Assembly (NCBI GenBank): GCA_001794215.1
Contig: MGJK01000018.1
Span: forward strand, 1-59,152
Source of the DNA: Candidatus Yanofskybacteria bacterium RIFCSPHIGHO2_01_FULL_44_24
GTDB lineage: Bacteria; Patescibacteriota; Minisyncoccia; 2-02-FULL-40-12; GWA2-44-9
Length of the DNA stretch: 59,152 nucleotides
Direction of reading: 5' to 3'
Below are positions 50,237 through 59,095 of the stretch, one piece after another. Each line of letters starts with the position of its first letter. Positions within the stretch are counted from its first letter, which is position 1. A program made the translations under genes and the position numbers. Below the pieces are notes generated by a model that saw only the letters and a program-made list of their open reading frames with translations, ran no database searches and was not told the DNA's origin.

Positions 50237-50246
50237 GGCGATTTTT
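50225..50246. terminator. bidirectional terminator
   Basis: ATCGCCC-CATA-GGGCGAT followed by TTTTT. Confidence 0.7.
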
Positions 50247-51357
50247 AATTCGCCTGTTCAAAAAACCTCTCCGTGAAACCCTTCCAACTATACCTCTTAA
50301 CAAATTTTGGTCCTTCGGATTTTATTTTCTGGATTTTTTGGCCGTCGGTCAGAGCCTGCCTTACGGACCTTATAATCCCATCCGCGCCCCCGTCTTTTGA
50401 ATAAAAAGCGTAATCTCCAAAAAGTTCATGGCCTAATTCATTATCCATGATCACCGGTGAAACTCCAAACGCCAATGCCTCCATCGGAGGCAAGCCGAAT
50501 GCCTCCCTGTCCGAAACATAAACCAATGCCCTGGCTCCGGTGTATAATTTTTCGATATCTTCTCGTTTTTCCAGATAATCAAAATATATGATTCTCTCGC
50601 TCTTTAGTTTTTGATTCATAATCTCGACTAATTCGCGGATAATAGCAGGCCTATATTTATCGGTCCCAACCAGGATCAGTTTTAAATCCGGAAACTCATA
50701 AGCTATCTTCTGAAAGGCTAATATGGTTTCCCGGGCGTGACGACGCGGGAACATTTGGCCCACATACAGGATGTACGTGGAATTTTCAATTTTCAATTTA
50801 GAATTTTCAATATTTTGATCCGAGCTGATTCCAAGATGAGAAACAAAAATCCGTTTAGGATTAATCCAATATAGATTCGCCACTTCCTTCTTAGAAGTTT
50901 CAGAAATAGCAAGAATTTTTGTGGCAAACCAAGCCGCCCAGTTCGTAAATAACCGATAAGACAATCTGTATCTAAGCGGAAGATTCCCCTGCTTATACTC
51001 ATAATAAACGTCAGGTGTTAAGACCACGATGGATTTGCGAAGATAAAGCGGAGGCAACTGATAGGCCGGGAAGAACATCCAATCAATGCGGTCAATCATC
51101 GCCCGCAATGGCATCAGAAGATGGTAATAAATGTTAAACGAGGGAACTCCAGAAACCCGAATTATGAATTTTGAATTATGAATTTTGAAAAAATCGTCAT
51201 CCGGAATTCTTTTCTTAAAATACAGATATAATTTGTATTTTTTCTGCCACTCAGGATTAGCCGCATACTCTTTGAGCAAATTTAAAGTTATCTGGCCTAT
51301 CCCCCAGCGCGACTTTGAATCCTCTAAGTTTTCGCATTCGATACCGATTTTAAGCAT
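50245..51357 (-). CDS. GT4-family (GT-B) glycosyltransferase with repeat-derived insertions
   Basis: REAFGLPPMEALAFGVSPV (E-x7-E). Insertions at 50779-50816 (IENSKLKIENS) and 51160-51187 (2 x 14 bp). Confidence 0.8.
   Translation of the reverse strand: MLKIGIECENLEDSKSRWGIGQITLNLLKEYAANPEWQKKYKLYLYFKKRIPDDDFFKIHNSKFIIRVSGVPSFNIYYHLLMPLRAMIDRIDWMFFPAYQLPPLYLRKSIVVLTPDVYYEYKQGNLPLRYRLSYRLFTNWAAWFATKILAISETSKKEVANLYWINPKRIFVSHLGISSDQNIENSKLKIENSTYILYVGQMFPRRHARETILAFQKIAYEFPDLKLILVGTDKYRPAIIRELVEIMNQKLKSERIIYFDYLEKREDIEKLYTGARALVYVSDREAFGLPPMEALAFGVSPVIMDNELGHELFGDYAFYSKDGGADGIIRSVRQALTDGQKIQKIKSEGPKFVKRYSWKGFTERFFEQAN
50779..50816. repeat. AT-rich oligomer array inside GT4 CDS
   Basis: GGAATTTTCAATTTTCAATTTAGAATTTTCAATATTTT. 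Confidence 0.8.
51160..51187. repeat. 2 x 14-bp perfect tandem repeat (AATTATGAATTTTG) inside GT4 CDS
   Basis: 51160-51173 is identical to 51174-51187. Confidence 0.9.
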
Positions 51358-51472
51358 AAACTCTAAATCCTAATGTCTAAATTCTAAACAATATCCAATA
51401 TTAAAACTCTAATGTTCGAAATTTAATATCTTGAGATTTGAATTTTGTATTTGTTTAGAAATTAGGATTTCG
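51358..51472. repeat. AT-rich oligomer arrays in inverted arrangement, abutting the GT4 start codon
   Basis: Left arm AAACTCTAAATCCTAATGTCTAAATTCTAAAC. Right arm GTTTAGAAATTAGGATTTCG. Confidence 0.8.
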
Positions 51473-51475
51473 TGC

Positions 51476-52387
51476 TTAGGATTTTACTCGCCCCATTCTG
51501 TTCATATACCAATCGAAAACTCCATCTAAGATCGCCCGCGACTCCTCTTCGTTAATGTTTAATCCCATCTTCAAAAATTGTTTTAAAATTATTACCCAGC
51601 TCCATGGCCAGACCGCTACCTTGATATACCACGGACCGTTTTTCCGGTTAAAATACAGGGCATTCCGATAGTGATATCTCAATAAAAGCGGTGAGCCAAG
51701 TTTTTTGGTTGTGGCCGAAACATTATGGTGTATCATAACCTTATCTGTGATTGAGATGGGGATTTTAGCTCTTCTAGCCCTGACGCAAAAGTCGGCATCC
51801 TCAAAATACAAAAAATATTTTTCATCAAGCTCGCCGATTTTATCAAAGGCATCTTTCGATATCACCATCGCCCCGCCAACAGCATAGAATTTGGAATTCC
51901 TGCCCGTCCGGCAGGCGGGTGGAATTTGGAATTTGGAATTTTCATAATCATGTCGAAGAGTCGGTTTCAGCCACTCTATTCTACCGCAATAAGCCGTCCT
52001 GTCCTCCTCCACCAAGGGTAACCCTACTATGCCCCCTGAAGACCCTAATTTGACCCTTAAAGAGGCTATGAAGTCCTCCCCTACCCAAGTATCGTTATTC
52101 AATAAGAGCACCCAATCTGCCCTGTTTTCCAGGGCCTGACCTATACCCACATTGTTACCCCCCGAGAACCCTAAATTCTTCTTATTTCTTACTACAGATG
52201 CTACAAAGGGCATCTTTGCAAAGATGCCCTTTGTAGCTGTTTGCAAACTTATAAAATCTGCTCCATCCGAAGCGTTGTCCACAATAACTATTTCAAAATC
52301 CCGATCCGTTTGTTCATAAAGAGACCTCAAAAGCTTAGTCGTATTTTCCGAGCCGTTATAGTTGATTGTGATGATAAAAAGTTTCAA
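51476..52387 (-). CDS. GT2-family glycosyltransferase (rhamnosyltransferase-like) with a composite repeat insertion
   Basis: FIITINYNGSENT, IVDNASDG, LNNDT and YFEDADFC. Confidence 0.8.
   Translation of the reverse strand: MKLFIITINYNGSENTTKLLRSLYEQTDRDFEIVIVDNASDGADFISLQTATKGIFAKMPFVASVVRNKKNLGFSGGNNVGIGQALENRADWVLLLNNDTWVGEDFIASLRVKLGSSGGIVGLPLVEEDRTAYCGRIEWLKPTLRHDYENSKFQIPPACRTGRNSKFYAVGGAMVISKDAFDKIGELDEKYFLYFEDADFCVRARRAKIPISITDKVMIHHNVSATTKKLGSPLLLRYHYRNALYFNRKNGPWYIKVAVWPWSWVIILKQFLKMGLNINEEESRAILDGVFDWYMNRMGRVKS
51887..51943. repeat. composite insertion inside GT2 CDS: GGAATTT units flanking a PAL20-like GC hairpin
   Basis: GAATTTGGAATT-CCTGCCCGTCCGGCAGGCGGG-TGGAATTTGGAATTTGGAATTTTC. 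It encodes ENSKFQIPPACRTGRNSKF. Confidence 0.8.
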
Positions 52388-52448
52388 TAACTAATTCTAT
52401 GAAAAATTGGCTGTTTTTACAATTTAAAGGACGGGTGTTAATCCGTCC

Positions 52449-52889
52449 TTATCGCACATCGGGCAATACTCTCCGGAGTTGCCGCCGAGATTGAAGTTCT
52501 TTCACCAACTTCGCAATTTCTGAGGCCTGCCATGCGTTCCAATGATTCGCATCCTCTTTAGACTGGGCATAAACGACTACATTGGGAGTGGTGACCGAAA
52601 AAGGATCAAAATATCTATCCGGCCAAGCCGGCTTAACCGATATGGCCGTACCAGACAAAGATTCGTCAATCTCGATCTTCAAATTGACAAGACTGGTGTG
52701 CACAGATTTGAAGTAACAACTTGTTTGACCCAAAGGAAAGCACACATTTCTAAAATAAGCCGTGGGTCTTTCACCCCACAGATATGTACTTACCCCTTCA
52801 AAAGAAGCCTTTTCTGCGGGTTTCACGCCACATCCTGAACTTATTAAAAGAACGAAAGGAATCGAAGCCAAGAAAATCGATTTTCTCAC
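52449..52889 (-). CDS. hypothetical lipoprotein
   Basis: Signal peptide with lipobox LISSGC. 146 aa. Confidence 0.55.
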   Translation of the reverse strand: MRKSIFLASIPFVLLISSGCGVKPAEKASFEGVSTYLWGERPTAYFRNVCFPLGQTSCYFKSVHTSLVNLKIEIDESLSGTAISVKPAWPDRYFDPFSVTTPNVVVYAQSKEDANHWNAWQASEIAKLVKELQSRRQLRRVLPDVR

Positions 52890-52945
52890 AATCGGCCTCC
52901 TTTTTTAGACCATAACCAAATTGTGACAATATACTACCAAAGACT

Positions 52946-54109
52946 TTATACTCTGTCAATAAGTTTGAGGATTTCTTTTCTGAATCGCTCGCTCGAAAAT
53001 TTTTGGGCGTGCATCTTGATCGCTTCAGAGCTATATGAGGGGTAGTTTCCGTTTAACCTTCTCACCCCATCCGCCAAAGCTTCCGGAATTGGATCATCAA
53101 AGAATTCTCCGGTTACGCCCTCAACGACTGTTTCCGTCGCTCCACCTTTACGCAAGGCCAAGACGGGCTTGCCGAACGACATGGCTTCGATAGGCGTTAT
53201 GCCGAAGTCTTCCTCTTGTGGCATTATAAATGCCCGGCAATTTTGATAGTAGGCTCCCAGCTCTTCATCCGGTATAAATCCGAGCATTTTTATGTTTTTG
53301 AATCCTGATATCCGATTTTGGATACTTTCTTTTTCGGGGCCGGTTCCGATAATAACAAGGGGCAGCCTGAGCTTTGAAAATGCCTCCACGGCAACGTCTA
53401 TGTTTTTATGTTTATACAGCCGGCTAACAATCAGATAGTAGTTGCCTAAATTTTTAATTTTTAATTTAAAATTTTCATTGAATTCATTGATTTTATAATT
53501 TTCAGACATTGGATCATTGTAGTTTGATTGAAAATTGAAAATTGAAAATTGAAAATTACTGACCGGAGGATATATCACGACCGCCTCTTTTCTGTAATAC
53601 TTCCCTATCCTCTCGCGAACATGTTCGGATATCGCAATAAATTCATCAACTCGGTCGGCCGTCTGCCGATCCCATATCCTCAGAAAATGCTTGGCCATTC
53701 TATTAAAAAAGTTATTAGTCGTAAATTGTTGGTTGTAGGTTGAATTTAGGTCCCATATTTGCCTCATGGGGCTGTAGCAATAGCATATATGCCAGGTTTT
53801 GGGTTTTAAAACTAATCCTTTAGAAAAATTAACCGAAGAAGATATCACGAGGTCATAGTCTGAAAGATCAAATGATTCTACGGCAACGGGCATTATCAGC
53901 GCAAGATATTTATAGAACTTAGTAATGAAGGGGGGTTTATTCAAAAAACTCGGCCGGATATCGGCATCGGGTAGAAAGTGACGGATAAATTTTTTGCTGG
54001 CAAAAAGGGTATAAATCGGTGCTTCCGGAAATATTTTATGCAATTCAATAAGCACGCGCTCGGCGCCGCCAAGAGTGTTCAGCCAATCATGAACCAAAGC
54101 AATACGCAT
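52946..54109 (-). CDS. GT4-family (GT-B) glycosyltransferase with an about 40-aa repeat-derived insertion
   Basis: Start set at MRIALVHDW. EEDFGITPIEAMSFGKPVLA (E-x7-E). Confidence 0.8.
   Translation of the reverse strand: MRIALVHDWLNTLGGAERVLIELHKIFPEAPIYTLFASKKFIRHFLPDADIRPSFLNKPPFITKFYKYLALIMPVAVESFDLSDYDLVISSSVNFSKGLVLKPKTWHICYCYSPMRQIWDLNSTYNQQFTTNNFFNRMAKHFLRIWDRQTADRVDEFIAISEHVRERIGKYYRKEAVVIYPPVSNFQFSIFNFQSNYNDPMSENYKINEFNENFKLKIKNLGNYYLIVSRLYKHKNIDVAVEAFSKLRLPLVIIGTGPEKESIQNRISGFKNIKMLGFIPDEELGAYYQNCRAFIMPQEEDFGITPIEAMSFGKPVLALRKGGATETVVEGVTGEFFDDPIPEALADGVRRLNGNYPSYSSEAIKMHAQKFSSERFRKEILKLIDRV
53447..53557. repeat. AT-rich repeat block inside GT4 CDS, including 4 x 7-bp TTGAAAA (53528-53555)
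   Basis: Encodes SNFQFSIFNFQSNYNDPMSENYKINEFNENFKLKIKN. Confidence 0.9.
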
Positions 54110-54170
54110 GTATAAATTAATATCACAGATCAAGCTTGTTATAAATAGCAAAGACAAATTTAAAAGCCGA

Positions 54171-54470
54171 CTAATCGTCGGCCTTGATCCCAAGCTCTTT
54201 AAGAATCTTCTCGTCTTCGGGTGTTATCTCCCTGCTATGCATAAAGGTTACCGGATTTTGTTTGGGTTTTATTCCCTGAGGATATCCCTTGTCTAAAGTG
54301 AAGTACGCCATCAACTTAGCATGCGGAATTCTCAGTTCAATTTTGCAATATTCACAGATAACTAAAAGGCTAACATGGCCGTCCTTATCTTTCAAAACAT
54401 TCCAAGATAGATCCTGATGAACACAACCACAAATAGGCTCGGTAAGGTTGATGGAAATGTGCTTGAACAA
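54171..54470 (-). CDS. hypothetical small protein with CxC...CxxC motif
   Basis: TTG start 4 nt after GGAGGG. It has its own strong promoter. 99 aa. Confidence 0.5.
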   Translation of the reverse strand: MFKHISINLTEPICGCVHQDLSWNVLKDKDGHVSLLVICEYCKIELRIPHAKLMAYFTLDKGYPQGIKPKQNPVTFMHSREITPEDEKILKELGIKADD

Positions 54471-54505
54471 CTTACCCTCCCAAAACGTTCTTTTTCGTTG
54501 ACAGT

Positions 54506-54534
54506 ATTATAATAGATCATCGACGACGAGTCAA
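54506..54534 (-). promoter_or_regulatory. near-consensus sigma70-type promoter
   Basis: Minus strand reads TTGACT, 17 nt, TATAAT, about 35 nt upstream of the TTG start at 54470. Confidence 0.5.
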
Positions 54535-54629
54535 ATTGAAACCAAGTTCCGATACTCCTGTGGTAGCGACACCATGCTACGATCGTTTTATTGTGTCATT
54601 AACAACTTAACAACAGAGAGTAAAAACGC

Positions 54630-54649
54630 CTCGGATTTTTAAGTCCGAG
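54630..54649 (-). terminator. mreB terminator hairpin
   Basis: CTCGGA-8 nt-TCCGAG, followed on the minus strand by GCGTTTTT. Confidence 0.55.
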
Positions 54650-54727
54650 ATTAATATTTTGGAACAGGCAAGGGTTACAATTAGAATGCTAATCCGCCTT
54701 CTGAATCGAATGGCCCCGGGATAGAAA

Positions 54728-55729
54728 CTACCTTTTCGCAACCACATTGCGCTTGTAGGCGTCGAGGTTCTGGAGAACAATGCCTGTCCCCCGAGCGACA
54801 CAGAATAACGGATCATCAGCTATTGAAGCCGGAACGCCGGTAATACGATTGATGAGGACATCTATATTCTTCAAAAGTGCGCCTCCGCCTGAAATTATAA
54901 TCCCCTTGTCCATAATATCAGAACAAAGTTCCGGAGGAGTAACTTCAAGAACATTCTTCACAATCTGAACAATCTCCCGAAGCTGTTCGCTTAAAGCTTC
55001 GGTAATTTCATTGGAACCGACCTCAATCGTCCTCGGAAATCCGGTAGCCAAATCCCTTCCTTTGATATTTATTTTTTCCTCTTCCTGCTCTTTAGTGGCA
55101 CTTCCGATGCTGACTTTTATAAGCTCGGCCGTTCTTTCTCCGATGGCCAAGCCATGTTTCTTTTTGATATATTCAACAATCGCCTGATCAAGCTTGTTCC
55201 CGCCTATTCTAACGGAAGACCAAGTTACGATGCCTCCTAAGGATATAACCGCTAACTCAGTCGTTCCGCCGCCGATATTTAAAATCATATTTCCGGCCGG
55301 ACTGTTAATCGGAATTTTGGCTCCTATCGCCGCAAGCACCGGCTCCTTTACCAAATAGACCGCCTTGGCTCCGGCGTTCAATGCTGCTTCGATAACTGCT
55401 CTTTTTTCCGTCGAAGTTATACCGGCAGGTACGGAAATCAAAACCTCCGGTTTCACAAAGCTCATAAAGCCGGCTGCCTTTTTTATAAAATACCGAAGCA
55501 TCGCTCCGGTTACACGGTAATCCGCAATCGCGCCATCTACCAGCGGTTTTGATATAACGATACTATCCGGCGTTCGGCCGATCATTTCTTTGGCCGAAGC
55601 TCCAACAGAAATTATTTTGTTGTCTAAAACCGAAATCGCCACCACCGATGGCTCATTTACGACTATCCCCTTCTTGGGTATAAATACCACCGTATTGGTG
55701 GTACCGAGGTCTATACCAATCTTAGCCAA
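54728..55729 (-). CDS. mreB: rod-shape-determining actin homolog MreB
   Basis: IGIDLGTTNT, NIGGGTTE and IISGGGALL. Apparent TTG start. Confidence 0.92.
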   Translation of the reverse strand: MAKIGIDLGTTNTVVFIPKKGIVVNEPSVVAISVLDNKIISVGASAKEMIGRTPDSIVISKPLVDGAIADYRVTGAMLRYFIKKAAGFMSFVKPEVLISVPAGITSTEKRAVIEAALNAGAKAVYLVKEPVLAAIGAKIPINSPAGNMILNIGGGTTELAVISLGGIVTWSSVRIGGNKLDQAIVEYIKKKHGLAIGERTAELIKVSIGSATKEQEEEKINIKGRDLATGFPRTIEVGSNEITEALSEQLREIVQIVKNVLEVTPPELCSDIMDKGIIISGGGALLKNIDVLINRITGVPASIADDPLFCVARGTGIVLQNLDAYKRNVVAKR

Positions 55730-55867
55730 AATATTAAATCCGAAATACGAAATCCTAAATCCTAAACAAAGCCCGAAAATCTTAAATTCTAATTTCCAAA
55801 CCTTTTGAAATTTAGAAAATTTGCATTTCGATATTGTTTCGAATCTCGAATTTCGTATTTCGAATTT
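55730..55867. repeat. AT-rich oligomer arrays filling the murA-mreB intergenic region
   Basis: Left side AAATCCGAAATACGAAATCCTAAATCCTAAAC...AAATTCTAATTTCC. Right side CGAATCTCGAATTTCGTATTTCGAATTT in inverted orientation. Confidence 0.8.
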
Positions 55868-57121
55868 TTAAACTCTGCGGATGTCTGCTCCCAACTTTTT
55901 CAATCTTTCCTCGATCTTTTCATACCCGCGGTCAATTTGATAAATATTATTGATAACTGACGTGCCCTTGGCGCACAAGGCGGCAATTACATAGGCCATG
56001 CCGGCCCTCAAATCAGGACTCTCGATCTCTCTTCCGCGCAATTCGGTCGGACCCCTGATCTCAATTCTATGAGGATCGAGGTTCAGAATATTCGCCCCCA
56101 TCCTTTTCAATTCTTCCGTCCAGCTCAACCGGCCTTCGTAAATAGTTTCGTGGACAAGGGCCTGTCCTTCTGCTTGTGTTAATAACACAGACAATGGCGC
56201 TTGTAAATCAGTCGGGAACCCGGGATACTCTCTTGTTTTAACTCCGACTGCTCCTATTTTTTTACCGGCCGCCACTTCGATGCTATCGGTGCCGACCTTG
56301 ACTTTAACGCCCATTTTTTGAAACAGTCCCAATAAAGAATCGAGGTGATCGGGCCGGCAGTTTTTTACTTTTATATTACTCCCCGATGCGGCCGCCAACA
56401 TAGCAAAGCTTCCGGCCTCTATTCTGTCGGGGATGGTCCGATAGGTACCTCCACCCAAACTCTTAACGCCTGACACGATAATAGTGTGAGTCCCCGCCCC
56501 TTTAATGTCCGCTCCGCAGGAATTGAGAAATTGGGCCAAGCTTTCTATCTCCGGCTCGCAGGCACAGTTTTTTAAAGTTGTAACTCCCTCGGCCGTAACG
56601 GCGGACATCATCATTGTTTCGGTACCCGTTACACTCACATTATGAAAGACGATCTTGGCGCCTTTTAATTTCCGAGCCGTGATATTATACAATCCATTCT
56701 CCTGAGAGACGTTCGCGCCAAGCGCTTTAAATCCATCGATAAAAACATCAATCGGACGTTCCCCGATAACACATCCGCCGGGGTGAGGAAAAACAACTTT
56801 TCCGGTTCTGATCAATATCGGCGCAGTAAGCACTATGGAGGCTCGTAATTTTTTGCCGATCTCCGGTTCTATCTCGGAACTGTTCAGCTTATCGGCAGTG
56901 ACCCTGTATTCCCCGCGTCGAATATGTTCAACTTTTGGTCCAAGTGTTTTGATCAGCTCGGCCATACGACTAACATCTTCCACTTCGGGAACATTTTTTA
57001 TTAGAACAGGTTCTTTGGTCAGCAAAGCCGCGGCAAAAGCTTTAAGAGCCGCATTCTTAGCGCCGCTAACCCTTATCTCTCCTTTTAGTTTTTTACCGCC
57101 GTTGATTACGAATTGAGCCAT
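55868..57121 (-). CDS. murA: UDP-N-acetylglucosamine 1-carboxyvinyltransferase
   Basis: Start at MAQFVINGG. SGAKNAALK. HPGGCVIGERPID (active-site Cys). Confidence 0.92.
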   Translation of the reverse strand: MAQFVINGGKKLKGEIRVSGAKNAALKAFAAALLTKEPVLIKNVPEVEDVSRMAELIKTLGPKVEHIRRGEYRVTADKLNSSEIEPEIGKKLRASIVLTAPILIRTGKVVFPHPGGCVIGERPIDVFIDGFKALGANVSQENGLYNITARKLKGAKIVFHNVSVTGTETMMMSAVTAEGVTTLKNCACEPEIESLAQFLNSCGADIKGAGTHTIIVSGVKSLGGGTYRTIPDRIEAGSFAMLAAASGSNIKVKNCRPDHLDSLLGLFQKMGVKVKVGTDSIEVAAGKKIGAVGVKTREYPGFPTDLQAPLSVLLTQAEGQALVHETIYEGRLSWTEELKRMGANILNLDPHRIEIRGPTELRGREIESPDLRAGMAYVIAALCAKGTSVINNIYQIDRGYEKIEERLKKLGADIRRV

Positions 57122-57224
57122 ATCGCAGATATTATAGTACAAAATGCCCAAGAATATACCATTGACAAGTATTTAGTTAGCTGCTATAGTTATTGGCGCA
57201 TAGTCTTCGGCATAGGGAAAAATC

Positions 57225-57419
57225 ATGGATCGAAATCAGCTGGTGAAGTTAGCGACCGAATCATTAGATGACGCTAATGAAGCTTGGGAAAACTTGAGTG
57301 TGACGAAAGCTAGTGGTTCTGTTACTGCCCATATGGCCGCGGAAATCTTTAGGGTAAGGGTCCGACAAGAGGAAAGATACGAGAGGGAACGTTGGAATGG
57401 CCCAACGGGAGGAGATTAA
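57225..57419 (+). CDS. small hypothetical protein
   Basis: 64 aa, followed by an AGCGGTA(A)GGC hairpin plus T-run (57418-57452). Confidence 0.45.
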   Translation: MDRNQLVKLATESLDDANEAWENLSVTKASGSVTAHMAAEIFRVRVRQEERYERERWNGPTGGD

Positions 57420-57465
57420 GCGGTAGGCAATGGCCTTACCGCTTTTTGTTTGCTAATATAAGACC

Positions 57466-58314
57466 ATGACCGAACGGGACAAGAGGATACTCTTTTATAC
57501 TGCCGTGGCAGTCTTTTTTCTGTTGGCCTACTTCGTAGTCCTATACGCCCAAGGCTATAAATATAGCTTCTCTGATAATAGATTCGTGAGAACGGGAACA
57601 ATATCTCTCAGGGCGAACACTAACGCCAGTGTATACTTAGACGGTGAATTTAAGGGCGATACCTCATTTTTTAACAACTCTTTCGGAATCGAACGTCTTT
57701 TGCCCGGAGAATACGAAATTCGCGTTGAAAAAGAAAACTACTCAACTTGGCACAAAAAAGTTGCGGTAGAAGAAGGATTCGTCACGGATTTTTCAAAAAT
57801 ACTCATACTACCATTGAGCGGAGCAGACAGGGAGGAGATCGTACAAAGAGCAAGCAGGGCCTTCGCCCTGTCGCCCACTCCTTCGCCCCATTCGACAAGC
57901 TCAGGGCAGGCAACACTCAAGCCTAAACCAACTCCCAAACCGCTCAAGCCAAGCCCTACTCTGACGCCCGTCTATACCGAACCGTTCGTATTGATAGATA
58001 AAAAATTTTTCAAAAACAACGATCAACAATTAGAAAAATTGGGTGAGAATGTGATTGGATTTGCCTTGTCTAAATATAAAAATAAACTGCTCTGGTGGAC
58101 TCTGGCTAACGAAATATGGGTGATGTGGATCGGCGATACCAACTATCAGCCGCACCGCAAAAACAATGAAAGAGATATTGTTACAAAACTATCGGCCCCG
58201 ATTAAAAACGCGATCTGGTGGTTCGATGACGAAGATCATATTGTTATCGACGCAAACGGCTATAAGATAATCGAAATAGACACAAGAGATTTCGTAAATA
58301 TTATAGAAATATAG
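57466..58314 (+). CDS. PEGA-domain membrane-anchored protein with a Pro/Ser/Thr-rich GC-rich insertion
   Basis: TM helix. ISLRANTNASVYLDGEFKGDT and PGEYEIRVEKENYSTW resemble PEGA. The linker is encoded at about 57855-57965. Confidence 0.65.
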   Translation: MTERDKRILFYTAVAVFFLLAYFVVLYAQGYKYSFSDNRFVRTGTISLRANTNASVYLDGEFKGDTSFFNNSFGIERLLPGEYEIRVEKENYSTWHKKVAVEEGFVTDFSKILILPLSGADREEIVQRASRAFALSPTPSPHSTSSGQATLKPKPTPKPLKPSPTLTPVYTEPFVLIDKKFFKNNDQQLEKLGENVIGFALSKYKNKLLWWTLANEIWVMWIGDTNYQPHRKNNERDIVTKLSAPIKNAIWWFDDEDHIVIDANGYKIIEIDTRDFVNIIEI

Positions 58315-58339
58315 AAAACCCCCGAATGGGGGCTGAACT

Positions 58340-58687
58340 CTACAGGTTTATGCCGGCAATATTCTTCAGTCTGTCTCTCAGAAGCATTATCAAAAACGGA
58401 TCCCCTTGCCTATACCTATCCGGAATATCAAGAATATAAATATCCTTGCTGAAAACATCAAAACCAGAACGAAGCAGTGTTAGGTGAGCATCTTCATTCT
58501 CATTCATCACAATTATTCTATCGGCCCAATCAACTAACTCCTGAGTAACCAACTGGCCGGTTCCCTCGCACCACTTAAAACCCGCCGACTTAGCTTCATA
58601 AACGGAAGAGCCCAGTAAAAGGTCTTCCGCCGTCCGACTGCGGCTGATATTTGCAGTGCAAATGAATAAAACCTTGATCTTGGCCAC
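58340..58687 (-). CDS. low-molecular-weight protein tyrosine phosphatase/ArsC-fold protein
   Basis: KVLFICTANISRSRTAE contains the C-x5-R-S P-loop. Confidence 0.8.
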   Translation of the reverse strand: MAKIKVLFICTANISRSRTAEDLLLGSSVYEAKSAGFKWCEGTGQLVTQELVDWADRIIVMNENEDAHLTLLRSGFDVFSKDIYILDIPDRYRQGDPFLIMLLRDRLKNIAGINL

Positions 58688-58796
58688 CTTCCGCTCCTCG
58701 CCTAAAAGAACTCGGGGATATGATATATCAATTCTTCTTTACCGGCAAAGGACAGTAACTCGGCCTTAGCCTTGTTAAGGAATTAATGAGGAGAAC

Positions 58797-58840
58797 CAAT
58801 CCGCCACCCTTTATGATATATCATAAAGGGTGGCGGATTG
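58797..58840. repeat. PAL24 palindrome copy 4 (44-bp perfect palindrome; core 58807-58830)
   Basis: CAATCCGCCA-CCCTTTATGATATATCATAAAGGG-TGGCGGATTG. Confidence 0.9.
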
Positions 58841-59095
58841 AGACAGGCCTTGGCTTATGAGAGGATTTGCATAGGTTCCTATTTATCAAGCGTAGCCGTA
58901 ACCCATGAAAGGATTCACGAAAAGCCATAACGAAGCCTTGGCTTATTAGAGGATTTGCGCAGGCTTTTTGTTCAAACATCAAGCGCAGCCTTAACCCTAT
59001 GAAGGGATTTACGGAGGCCGACTGGGCCGAGTAAAAGGCAAGATTTTAGCAAAAATCTATGCCGTGCCCTGAACGGGTTAATTCGAAGCGTTTTT
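58841..59095 (+). repeat. R1 intergenic repeat, copy C (two tandem about 90-nt units plus hairpin tail)
   Basis: Units start with GCCTTGGCTTATGAGAGGATTTGC (58848) and GCCTTGGCTTATTAGAGGATTTGC (58937). The tail is identical to copy B. Hairpin at 59037-59063. Confidence 0.85.

Noticed and set aside
50077-50400. 107-aa plus-strand track ORF
   Set aside because: It runs through a strong terminator into the 3' end of the GT4 gene. The 41-aa ORF 50111-50236 fits the signals better.
54498-54516. Plus-strand TTGACA followed by TATAAT
   Set aside because: The spacer is only 4 nt, so this is not a functional promoter. The same region read on the minus strand gives a proper TTGACT-17-TATAAT promoter, which is reported instead.
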